A stretch of DNA of 64,000 nt from Microgenomates bacterium OLB22. Its GTDB lineage: Bacteria > Patescibacteriota > Microgenomatia > UBA1406 > HO2-37-13b. Where the stretch lies: assembly GCA_001567515.1 (NCBI GenBank), contig LLEV01000005.1, positions 132,484 through 196,483 on the forward strand, read 5' to 3'. This document shows, one piece after another, positions 28,089 to 37,118 of the stretch; within the stretch, counting starts at the first letter, position 1, and the number at the start of each line of letters is the position of its first letter. Below the pieces are notes generated by a model. The model saw only the letters and a list, made by a program, of their open reading frames with translations, ran no database searches and had not been told where the DNA came from. The position numbers and the translations under genes are program-made.

Positions 28089-28128
28089 ACCCCGACTCCT
28101 GCCATGCAGGACGTCGGGGATTTTTTTT
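28089..28128 (+). terminator. intrinsic terminator after trpS
   Basis: ACCCCGACTCCTGC-CATG-GCAGGACGTCGGGG followed by T8. Confidence 0.8.
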
Positions 28129-28296
28129 GCTTCACATTCCTATCCTTTTATGTATAATAGCCTTTGAAATGAGAAACCAAAAAACTCTCTCCAATCTTTC
28201 TCTCCTCACTAAAACCACCTCTTGGTGGTGCTGACTATCCATTAACTAAGGAAGTCGTTCCCTTCCTTGCCTTTATTACCAATATCTATTTTAACC

Positions 28297-29181
28297 ATGA
28301 TGGTCCAAGAAATCGAAAAATCAGTAGATCGCGCACTCATCCCAGCTCTCCAAGAGTTAACCACTATTTCATTGCCGGAGAATAAGACCCAACGTGCACT
28401 GTTAGAAAGATATCTCATGCGGGCTACACCTGATAGACCTCTTCGCCTCTTTGCAGGGAGCTGTCCTGACTATGCACATGACGGCGCGCAATATACCCAT
28501 GAAGGCATAAGTGACGATGTCCCTTTTCTTACAGAAGTACATTTGAGGTGTGATCTTCCACTACTTGAGGTTCTTGATACATATGACATCCCATACCTAT
28601 ACACTATCATGGTAGCCGATGTAGAAGCTATGGATAGCTTTTTCTGCGAACGGTTTACTGATGGGGATAGGGACAAGTTCATGCAACTTTGTCGAGGTAG
28701 TATGTGCAAGACTGCAATTGCACTTGACCACATCAAAGCTTCCCGTGAACTAAGTGGGGATCTCAAATCAAGTTCCTTTTTTGAAGAATTTGGACACGGT
28801 CACTTTATGGAACTCCAACATGCCTACACCCAAGTACTGGCACAGCGATATGTGCAAGACGAACGATTCAATGCTCGCGTAAGCGCAGACACCACTGCAC
28901 GAAGACCCATGTACCGGCGTATGTATCCTCACATGTTCAAACCGGATATACCTTTTTTACAGCGTGACGAGTTCCTCGCCCAAAGAACCATGAGGACCAT
29001 GGCTCAATATCTTGCTCTGGGAAGGTGCATTGGCGAGTATGACCATGCAGTCGTCATCAGTCACCCAACTACAAATAAAGGCACCTACAACGATCGTAAT
29101 AAATTCCTTCTTCCAGGAGATGATCCACGCATCCAACAACCTATTGTCCCTGTCCTTAGCATGAATACCAGCATATACTAG
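28297..29181 (+). CDS. hypothetical protein (294 aa), unknown family
   Basis: ORF 28267..29181 (TTG). ATGATG at 28297. I could not assign the motif LFAGSCPDYAHDG. Confidence 0.55.
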   Translation: MMVQEIEKSVDRALIPALQELTTISLPENKTQRALLERYLMRATPDRPLRLFAGSCPDYAHDGAQYTHEGISDDVPFLTEVHLRCDLPLLEVLDTYDIPYLYTIMVADVEAMDSFFCERFTDGDRDKFMQLCRGSMCKTAIALDHIKASRELSGDLKSSSFFEEFGHGHFMELQHAYTQVLAQRYVQDERFNARVSADTTARRPMYRRMYPHMFKPDIPFLQRDEFLAQRTMRTMAQYLALGRCIGEYDHAVVISHPTTNKGTYNDRNKFLLPGDDPRIQQPIVPVLSMNTSIY

Positions 29182-29185
29182 TAGC

Positions 29186-29792
29186 ATGAATGTCTTTGTC
29201 AGGAAGATCGCACGATACCAGCCCGAACATAACGGCCTTGACCGCTATGACGGGTATGAGGAGATTACGACAAAACGCTATGATCCACCGATAGAAGTTA
29301 GTGACTATCACAGTAGCCCGAAAGGTGTTACTGCTATCTTTTCTTCTAACGCGCTACGAGCCAGGCAAACAGCTGAGCTGTACGAGGGTGAGAGAGACCT
29401 CCCTCGTATCTACACTCCTCTCTTTGCGGAAGTGTCATTTTCTATAAAAAAAATTACTAAGTAAAAGTGAATATGAAGAAAGAGGATCAGATCTAGTACG
29501 AGAACGTTTTGTTCACGCTTTCATCTCAGATTCACTGGATGAATCGCGAGGAGAGTTATATGAGCGAACAACGTCTTGCATCGATCTCGTTAGATCACAT
29601 AATTTGATGAATATTCTTGTTATCTCACATAGCTTCTTTATGAAGTTGCTCGAAGTTTACATCAGGACTGATAAAATGCTATACAACAGACCTCAATTAC
29701 TGGCAGACCATGTTGACCCTCTAAAAAAACTCTACGACTTTAACACCGGATTTGATTTCACCCTTGAAGGTGATTCGCTTTCACTGAAGTAG
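29186..29792 (+). pseudogene. histidine-phosphatase (phosphoglycerate-mutase-like) family protein, frameshift in A8 run
   Basis: Pieces 29186..29464 (SSNALRARQTAE) and 29604..29792 (ILVISHSFFMKLL). The frames join across A8 29446..29453. The N-terminal RHG motif is degenerate. Confidence 0.55.
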
Positions 29793-30672
29793 TCGCCGAG
29801 TCTTTAGGATGTAGGTAGCTATGTTTACTCCAAGAACAGTCAATACCAATGGATCAATAGGAACAGCATACCCATAGCTGTTCAAGAGGTGGAGGAGCAT
29901 AGCTCCTAAAAGTCCAACTGCAATCTGTTGCTTTGGGATGGCAGGAGAGGTCTTTGGCTCCACAAACATAACAAGTACCATAAAAGATATTGCACTTAGT
30001 ATTAGACTACGTACAGTGACGCCCAGCAACTCAGCTACGCTACCACCATCGATCAAACTAATCACAATCACCCCCACCGCCAGATAACTCAGTGTGAAGG
30101 AAATAACATACCAGAGCTTCTTAAATGCCCTAGCAAAGTAGATAAAGCCACATAGAAAAAAGAGGGCTAGTGCAAAGTAGAGATAGAGTTGATCGGCTAA
30201 GAATTGTTGTCCTAAGTCAGCACCCCACCAGGAGATGATCACGCCTGGCGATCCAGACCTATCTTCTGCGATCATTGAGAGTATTGTAAGTAGTGCTAAT
30301 CCTAACGCTGCTGGGTTGAAGATATGTACATTGTCTAGTCGAAAAAGCTTTTTACCAAACCACACAGAGAACACACCCAATGGTATGTGCCAAAGAACTT
30401 GTCGGGGATGAACGAGAAGTATGACAATGATAGTAGAGATCAAAAAAGTTATACGGATTGAGGCTTGTTTTTTGCAAGGTCAAAGATGAAAGTAGCATAG
30501 CAACTGCCAGTCCTAATAGTACAGAGACTAAGAAGGCTATCTGCTCGTGCATGAGAGCGCCATGCAGATAGTCATAGGAAGCTACACACCCAAAGAAACT
30601 AAGAAACAGAAAAAACTGAAATAACGGATTCTTAATGTTGCTAAACTTTCGAAGCTCAGGTAGTATGTTCAT
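29781..30672 (-). pseudogene. RnfD/NqrB-like polytopic membrane protein, frameshift in A6 run
   Basis: Pieces 30352..30912 (real start MNILPELRKF at 30672) and 29781..30443 (FNPAALGLAL motif). The frames join at 30442..30447. Confidence 0.55.
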
Positions 30673-30718
30673 ACTCACATTATAGGTGGGTTTTATTAGC
30701 AATTGATAGATACAATAT

Positions 30719-31205
30719 ATGGATACTAAGAAAGCACTACTAGCTATAGCAGTTATCGCAATACTCGGATTCGCCGGTATGCAGATCTTGGAGAAGAGAA
30801 CACAGTCAGGAGGAGCCATCACGACTGAACAGACTGCAGAAACAGGATCCAATACCAACGCAGATACCATGACACTCACAGGAACTCCAGAAACCACCCA
30901 GGCTACGTACAAGAATGGGACTTATTCGGCTATCGGGACCTATCAAAGTCCTGCGGGTAAGGAAGAGATTGATATAAAGTTGACCATCACTGATGGCATT
31001 GTCACCGATACCGAGTTTACGGGGAAGGCAGTACATCAGACATCAAAAAAAAATGCAGGGGCTCTTTGCTGAAGGCTATAAGACGCAGGTAGTAGGAAAG
31101 TCCATTGATGAGCTAAAGCTCGATGTCGTCAACGGCTCGTCACTGACGCCAAAAGGATTTGAAGACGCACTTCAAAAGATCAAGACCGAGGCTGCAGCAT
31201 CATGA
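30719..31205 (+). pseudogene. secreted FMN-binding-domain protein, frameshift in A9 run
   Basis: Pieces 30719..31072 and 30993..31205. YKNGTYSAIGTYQSPAGKEEIDIKLTI is FMN_bind-like. The frames join at 31045..31053. Confidence 0.65.
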
Positions 31206-32090
31206 GGCGGGAACCCCTAATACATCAGTTCTACGGGATGGCTTGTACCTGGGAGATCCGTATATGGGATGAGCTCTCACCTAACCGAACAAGTACCCTA
31301 ATTCTACAAATAGAAAAAGATGCAGCCGAATTCGAGTCTTTCTATTCACGATTTAAAGAAGACTCCTTGCTCAAACGTGTTGAAAAAGAAGTGGGAAGGC
31401 ATGAAGTCCCAGCAGATTTTATTGCAATGCTAAGAATCTACGAGGGTTTCTACACAGCGTCAGCAGGAGCTTTTTCCCCACTTGTTGGAGGATTGCTTTC
31501 AGACATTGGCTATGACCGTGACTACCGACTCACGCCACTCGATCAAATACAGGATGTGCCATCGCTAGGCGATAGCATTTCAATCGTAAATGAGAATACC
31601 TTAGAGATCCATAAACCTATTTCACTTGATCTGGGAGGCATAGGCAAAGGATATTTTTGTTGATAAGATCGTACGATATCTGCGAGAACAAGGAGTACAG
31701 AAGTTTCTGGTCAATGGTAGTGGAGACATGTATTACGAAACTTCAGACGATATGACACTTTCTGCAGGTCTTGAGGATCCGACTGACACATCACGCGTGA
31801 TCGGGAAAATCAGTATAAAGAATCATGCTTTCTGTGCTTCCAGTTCTAACCGAAGGAGGTGGAAAGATCATCATCACATCATAGATGCCAATACAAAAGT
31901 CCATCCAGAAGAGATCATAGCAACATGGGTACTTTCAGAGAAAACAGTCGAAGCCGATGCTCTGGCCACATGTCTCTTCTTTATAGATATCGACCAACTG
32001 CGAACCCACTTTACATTTGATTACTGCATCCTTACCAAAGATCATGAGGCCATCAGCTCTACGGGATTTAATGCTGAGCTATATAGTTAA
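31202..32090 (+). pseudogene. apbE: FAD:protein FMN transferase (ApbE family), frameshift near 31654
   Basis: Pieces 31202..31663 (LDLGGIGKGY) and 31728..32090 (ASSSNRRRW...HHIIDANT). The frames join at T5 31654..31658. Confidence 0.75.
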
Positions 32091-32128
32091 TAGTTGCGTA
32101 TAACCAGGCTAGTAGTATACTGTGCCTG

Positions 32129-33313
32129 ATGATAGCTCATCCTGAACGTGATAGACATATTGCTCTCTTGGAACGATTGATTCGGGATGATTCAACAAGT
32201 GAAAACCATGCCGGCTTACAAGAAAAAGCACGACTACTCCGAGAATTGACTCAAGATCTACCCCTCACATGGCGAGAGATGCCATCCTCCCGAAAAGCTG
32301 ATGCGCTACCCTTTTACGTAGCTGAGTCGAAAGAAGTAGGGGAGGGTGTGCCTCGCATCACTCTTTCAGGTCACATTGATACGATATTAAAACCTGATCA
32401 GGTACCGCAGCGCATTGATGGGGACTACATGTATGGCTCTGGTACTTCTGACATGCTCGGTGGGATACTCGTTATGCTCGAGACTTGTAGGAAGCTTCAT
32501 GAGTCAGGAAATCTAAAAAACATCAGGCTCGCTATCAGCCCTGAGGAAGAGATCATTACGCCAAATCATCGGGAAACAATTGCCACCCTTGCTGGGGAAA
32601 CAGATCTTGTACTCGTCTATGAATCAACCTCAGATTATGAATGGAATGCTGATCGACATGTGAGATCAGTAGTGCGTTCGAGGCGAGGGGGTGGTAAATA
32701 CGAAATTGAGATCACTGGCCCAGGGGGTCACTCGGGTAAAATAATTGATCCATTAAAGAGACATAACACTAACCTTGCTGCGGCTCGGTTTATCAGCGGT
32801 ATTGAAGACCAGCTTGTGAACTATCAAGCTGGCACGACATGTAATATTGGTGTAATTGGTGGCGGACATGTATTTAATGCCTTAGCAGATAAGACATCTA
32901 TGACAGGTGATTTCAGATGTAGTACACCAGAGGAATTTGTCAGGATCACGGATGCGCTCCCTGCATTACTCAATGAGATTATCGGTGACAGTCCTATACA
33001 AGTACAGAAATTCGAATTTGAGGCAGCTGTAAAACCTATGAGACTAAATGACGCCGATCAAGCATTTATAAAGATACTCAGACAAGCCGCACAACAACTT
33101 GGCATCAGTTTAGTACTTCAGGACAGAATGGGGGTCTCTGAAGCAAATTTATTTCGTATGGCACAACCAGAATTAGCGGTACTTGATGGAATGGGCGTCT
33201 CAGGTGACGGGGAGCATACTCCCAGAGAATACGCCTCAATCTCTAGCATCCAGTCGGCAATTGACTTCTCCACCGGATTTATACGCGAGATACATCATGG
33301 AGCAGAGCGTTAA
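32129..33313 (+). CDS. M20/M25/M40-family metallopeptidase (deacylase/carboxypeptidase-like)
   Basis: 394 aa. LSGHIDTI, GSGTSDMLGG, SPEEE, GPGGHSG motifs. Confidence 0.75.
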   Translation: MIAHPERDRHIALLERLIRDDSTSENHAGLQEKARLLRELTQDLPLTWREMPSSRKADALPFYVAESKEVGEGVPRITLSGHIDTILKPDQVPQRIDGDYMYGSGTSDMLGGILVMLETCRKLHESGNLKNIRLAISPEEEIITPNHRETIATLAGETDLVLVYESTSDYEWNADRHVRSVVRSRRGGGKYEIEITGPGGHSGKIIDPLKRHNTNLAAARFISGIEDQLVNYQAGTTCNIGVIGGGHVFNALADKTSMTGDFRCSTPEEFVRITDALPALLNEIIGDSPIQVQKFEFEAAVKPMRLNDADQAFIKILRQAAQQLGISLVLQDRMGVSEANLFRMAQPELAVLDGMGVSGDGEHTPREYASISSIQSAIDFSTGFIREIHHGAER

Positions 33314-33389
33314 AGCAAACCCTATTGATAATAACAGATAATAACTTATAATACTCCTTGACCTAGCATGTACAAAAAGGAGAAAACAC

Positions 33390-33683
33390 ATGCTAACCAA
33401 GTTGACCGCCCGCGACATCGAGGAGCGCAGTTGGAAGCCTGCGATGCAGCAGACTCCAAGCGAGCGCCTGAACAGCAGAGGGAGCCGAATCAGTCACATA
33501 GAGCGGTTCATGCGCCTCCTCAGACCAGGAGAAGGTGGAAGGCTGCGAGTGGCTGATCTGGGTGTCCGAAGCAAGGTATATGCCAAAGAGGCTTTCATTA
33601 GGCCTGCGGCAGAACTAAGAGGCATCAAGATCAGGTATCGTAGGGCGCCACAGGACACGATCATCTTCGAGCGGGTCGCCTAA
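33390..33683 (+). CDS. GC-rich basic orphan protein (97 aa)
   Basis: TTGATA 33325..33330, 16-nt spacer, TATAAT 33347..33352. SD AAAAGGAG. A terminator follows. Confidence 0.55.
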   Translation: MLTKLTARDIEERSWKPAMQQTPSERLNSRGSRISHIERFMRLLRPGEGGRLRVADLGVRSKVYAKEAFIRPAAELRGIKIRYRRAPQDTIIFERVA

Positions 33684-33690
33684 CGACCCC

Positions 33691-33715
33691 TTACCCCGCC
33701 ACGGCGGGGCTTTTT
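33691..33715 (+). terminator. intrinsic terminator
   Basis: CCCCGCC-AC-GGCGGGG followed by C + T7. Confidence 0.8.
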
Positions 33716-33787
33716 TTAATAGAATTAGTTGACAAACTTCAAAATATAACCCATAATATACGTCTGGATCAATAAAACAAGGAGGGT

Positions 33788-33907
33788 ATGATGAGTGGTA
33801 CGATTCACTGGGATGGCGCGGTAATGCGCCACAGATTCCAAGCTTTGTTAGATATCCGAATGAGGAAGATTTTCTTGTCGCAGGGACTGGTCAGTTATCA
33901 CCCATAA
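33788..33907 (+). CDS. 39-codon upstream ORF coupled by TAATG to the next gene
   Basis: TTGACA 33729..33734, 17-nt spacer, CATAAT. SD AAGGAGG. ATGATG at 33788. Stop TAA 33905..33907 overlaps ATG 33907. Confidence 0.35.
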   Translation: MMSGTIHWDGAVMRHRFQALLDIRMRKIFLSQGLVSYHP

Positions 33908-34290
33908 TGGGTGTTGCTGGATATTCAATTGTAGGTCCTCAGGGTAATCTGCTTGGACAAATATCGATTGTACAGTTTGCGGGGGATGGTGCTCAACCAG
34001 TAGACCAGAGCTACGCAAGAGGGTGGGTGCTTAACCTCAGTGGAAATCCTGCAATAGAAGGACACCCACTTGGTTGGCAGTACTTTGATACGAGAGATCA
34101 TATCCCCAGCTTTGGGATATGGCCCAATGTCCGTATTTGTGTAGAATTTGTAGTAACCGATGAGGAACTAATTCAAGTAAACGCAGACAGGTCTAAGCTT
34201 CGTGATCTAGCAAGGTTCTTTATTCCATTTATCAGTGATTATGAACCTCCAGAGGTTCTTGCCAGACAGCTCATACCGGATATGACGTAA
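33907..34290 (+). CDS. orphan protein (127 aa)
   Basis: ORF track. The same frame stays open upstream to 33775 without a start codon, so a frameshifted longer gene is an alternative. The terminator hairpin at 34275..34309 overlaps the stop. Confidence 0.5.
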   Translation: MGVAGYSIVGPQGNLLGQISIVQFAGDGAQPVDQSYARGWVLNLSGNPAIEGHPLGWQYFDTRDHIPSFGIWPNVRICVEFVVTDEELIQVNADRSKLRDLARFFIPFISDYEPPEVLARQLIPDMT

Positions 34291-34326
34291 GTCCATCCGG
34301 GTTTTTTTTGTGTGTATACTACCCAG

Positions 34327-34698
34327 ATGAACAAATGGCTTACACGGCATTGGTTTTTCAGAGATGCGGGACCTATCCTGAAGATTTTTCAGGTATATAT
34401 TCTGGGCGATAGTCTGGTCATTATCCCGTTATTGCTAGTGATAGGTATCTTAGGATTCTTTGATTGGTATATGATGTTGATTACTTACTTACTTTTTTTT
34501 ACACTCCGGCAATTTGGTGAGATGTTTTATTGGATACTCCATCAATTTTCGAACAAGACCTATCGTCCTTATGACTTTGGACTGAAGTTACTAGACAATC
34601 AGGCAATATACGTTTTATATCAGCTACTAGCACTTGCCGGAGCTACAATAGCAGGAGGAGCTACTGTCTGGCTCATACTACTCAGGTTCACTTACTGA
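34327..34698 (+). CDS. small membrane protein (3-4 TM)
   Basis: ORF 34312..34698. ATG at 34327. Confidence 0.5.
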   Translation: MNKWLTRHWFFRDAGPILKIFQVYILGDSLVIIPLLLVIGILGFFDWYMMLITYLLFFTLRQFGEMFYWILHQFSNKTYRPYDFGLKLLDNQAIYVLYQLLALAGATIAGGATVWLILLRFTY

Positions 34699-34909
34699 TA
34701 AGTAGAGTTTTATGCTTTGATTTCTCACCAGCGACTAACTGGATCTGAGATTTCTTGACTTTAAAGTGCTGTGCACATGCCTCGATGACGGCTTTGTTCG
34801 CCTTCCCTTCTAACGGTGGTGCAGATACATAGATATGAAGTGTCCCAAATAGATCTTGCTCTATCCGTGGCTGCCTGGCATTCGGATGAACTACAACTGT
34901 GACTTTCAC
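34688..34909 (-). CDS. DUF167 (YggU/UPF0235) family protein
   Basis: 73 aa, GTG start. VHPNARQ...PPLEGKANKAVIE...VAGEKSKHK is typical of DUF167. Confidence 0.7.
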   Translation of the reverse strand: MKVTVVVHPNARQPRIEQDLFGTLHIYVSAPPLEGKANKAVIEACAQHFKVKKSQIQLVAGEKSKHKTLLISK

Positions 34910-34968
34910 TTTAGTAAGTATCAGTAAAAAACTTGTTCCTCATGTCTAAAGTATGATACAAATAAGAC

Positions 34969-35403
34969 GTGACAAAGAAAAAGAGAAAGAAACAAAAGGG
35001 GCTTTTGCTTGCTGTGCTGGCAGGATTATTGATCTCTATCATGCTGGCTTCATCCCGACTTTCCAAAGACCAACCTATGGACCCATCCACTCGAGCTACA
35101 GAGGGGCAAACCTGTGTCTCACAGATCTACACTTATTATGGTACTGGCATTTGTGTAGACCGTATCAAGCTTATCTGCCGAGACATAGCCATACCTGAAA
35201 ATGGTGTGAACTGTAAAATTGATCCAAAAGACACCAAAACTGTAACCTGTGACTTTAGTAGTTACAACAAAGAAGCCAAGAATTGTGTAAATCCCACTAC
35301 ACTCAAGACGATGATTCGAGATATTTGCGGATGCCGGACAGAAGAACCACTACCGACACAACGAAGTAACCCTGCCATACCGACGACTGGTGTCCCGTAT
35401 TAG
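34969..35403 (+). CDS. membrane-anchored/secreted protein with 8 Cys
   Basis: N-terminal basic segment plus TM, then 8 cysteines in about 100 aa. Confidence 0.5.
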   Translation: MTKKKRKKQKGLLLAVLAGLLISIMLASSRLSKDQPMDPSTRATEGQTCVSQIYTYYGTGICVDRIKLICRDIAIPENGVNCKIDPKDTKTVTCDFSSYNKEAKNCVNPTTLKTMIRDICGCRTEEPLPTQRSNPAIPTTGVPY

Positions 35404-35414
35404 TCTAAGGGCAG

Positions 35415-35939
35415 TCATCTGAATGAATCAAAAGTGACCATGTCAGATAGAGGTCTCCTATCATCATCCAAGTGTTTATGTACTTTCCCAGTAGGATGTC
35501 CGAGAGCTAAACTCCCGAGTAGTACATGGCTTCGAGGAACCCCCAGCAATTTCTCCGTTGCTTTTCTATCTATGGTGATCCAGCAGCCGCCAATCCCCAG
35601 ACTCCATGCTGCTAGCCACATGTTTTGTATCGCGCACACCCCACTGTAGATATGTTGATCATGCTCATGTAGCCATGTATCGACCTTAGCTGACTGTTCA
35701 ATAGTCACGACGATAAGGACTGTGGCACTCTGGGCAAATGCTCCATGCTGTGCTGAGGCAGCAAGTGTCTTGATCATTTTCCTGTCTACAATTACGCTAA
35801 AGTGCCAGGGTTGTGAATTGAGGGGACTTGGCGCCATCCGCCCTGCATTGAGTATCTTATTAAGAGTAGTTTTAGCAACTGCCCTTTTTTGCCACTTACG
35901 AACTGATCGACGTGTATTGATTGCGTCAAGGACATTCAT
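35415..35939 (-). CDS. nitroreductase-family flavoprotein
   Basis: INTRRSVRKW...PSPLNSQPWHF motifs. Confidence 0.8.
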   Translation of the reverse strand: MNVLDAINTRRSVRKWQKRAVAKTTLNKILNAGRMAPSPLNSQPWHFSVIVDRKMIKTLAASAQHGAFAQSATVLIVVTIEQSAKVDTWLHEHDQHIYSGVCAIQNMWLAAWSLGIGGCWITIDRKATEKLLGVPRSHVLLGSLALGHPTGKVHKHLDDDRRPLSDMVTFDSFR

Positions 35940-36355
35940 GATATTGTTCTCTGCTCATTTTTAAGAAGTACGATTGAACTAATCCACACAATGATCATTA
36001 TTACTTGACACATAATACAAACTGGGCATATGACCCGGAGCTGGAAGAGCTCTATATATGCAAGACTCAAGCAGAAAACAAGCCCACCAGTGGCAGCTGC
36101 TACGATTAGTTTTGTTTTGCCAGTAATTGCCGCTAGAAGTATGACTACATATCCCACTAGTCCAATAAGCGGAGTGGGAATTCCAAGTATTTTTGACAAG
36201 GGACCTGAGATGACGGCGTCACAATTTACTTGTGCACTGATAGAGCAAGGGGTAAACGCTGGCATTGCTATCTGTTGCCACAATAGATAGATGGCGAGCA
36301 TGATCCCGAATGCCGCAAGAACTTGTATTACGGTGTTGATCTTGGACAGTGACAT
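35936..36355 (-). CDS. vitamin K epoxide reductase (VKOR) family protein
   Basis: ORF 35936..36391 (TTG). ATG at 36355. Loop cysteines CSISAQVNCDAV and the CPVC redox motif within TM helices. Confidence 0.7.
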   Translation of the reverse strand: MSLSKINTVIQVLAAFGIMLAIYLLWQQIAMPAFTPCSISAQVNCDAVISGPLSKILGIPTPLIGLVGYVVILLAAITGKTKLIVAAATGGLVFCLSLAYIELFQLRVICPVCIMCQVIMIIVWISSIVLLKNEQRTIS

Positions 36356-36638
36356 ACGATATGAGAGTACCAGAAAGATAGATTTTATCAATAAGAAGAG
36401 GTAGCGTGTCTATAGACTACATAGTTGTTAGCCTATGGATAGTCGAGGAGTACACCTATTGCGGTGGTGAGGATAGAGATAATTGAGAAGAATCTGCTCC
36501 AAAAAAACTGGGGGAATAGCTGCGTCAGAAAGATCCCATGGTGGGGGATATCATTACTATATATTTGGCAGACATACCCCAAGCATAGAGACTTTAGAAT
36601 ATCTATGCGCGTTCAAATCTGAGTGACCCATTATCTGC

Positions 36639-37001
36639 TTATTCTTCTGCGTCCCACGGGGTCATCAGCTGGAAGTAATTACCATCAGGATCGGCAAGGG
36701 TAGCTATCCAAGCAGTCTCCATCTGATATGGCTCCTTTATGACTTCGGCTCCAATTCCCTTTATGCGATCATACTCTTCTTTGACCTCTGTAGTCTCAAG
36801 ATTAAAAAGCATGCGAGCCGGATCAGAGGCCTTCCCCGCAACTTCGGAATGTTCACCTACCGAAAAAAAGCAATTACCTACGGACCAGCCTGACCAATTT
36901 CCCTCTGTCATATCAGCAGGTTTGCCAAATACCTTGGTATAGAAGTCGGCCATTCGGGTATAGTTATCGGTCCCCACCATTATTGAGTTTAGATTTAACA
37001 T
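36639..37001 (-). CDS. glyoxalase/bleomycin-resistance (VOC) family protein
   Basis: ORF 36639..37019. FYTKVFG...DPDGNYFQL is typical of VOC. Confidence 0.7.
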   Translation of the reverse strand: MLNLNSIMVGTDNYTRMADFYTKVFGKPADMTEGNWSGWSVGNCFFSVGEHSEVAGKASDPARMLFNLETTEVKEEYDRIKGIGAEVIKEPYQMETAWIATLADPDGNYFQLMTPWDAEE

Positions 37002-37118
37002 ATGCTGTGAGTATAGCATGCCAGAGCGGGAAAGATAGAGGAAGGCCTAAAAAGTCTTCCCAGGGGGAAAGAGAGATCATATAAAGTACTTTTATCTCAT
37101 CACTCGTATACACAATAA

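Noticed and set aside
28160-28296. T-box leader upstream of the gene after trpS (GGTGGTGCTGAC resembles the T-box GGTGGTACCGCG).
   Set aside because: The leader is too short (~140 nt) for Stem I plus the antiterminator. I could identify no specifier loop or terminator/antiterminator alternative. The trpS leader itself is only about 60 nt.
28297-29181. Cyclodipeptide synthase idea for the 294-aa protein next to TrpRS (GSCPDY compared with the CDPS G-x-S-x-x-N-S pocket).
   Set aside because: The later conserved CDPS Tyr/Glu positions do not line up (YLALG instead of Y...E). The resemblance rests on one short motif. It remains a hypothesis to test by HHpred, not a call.
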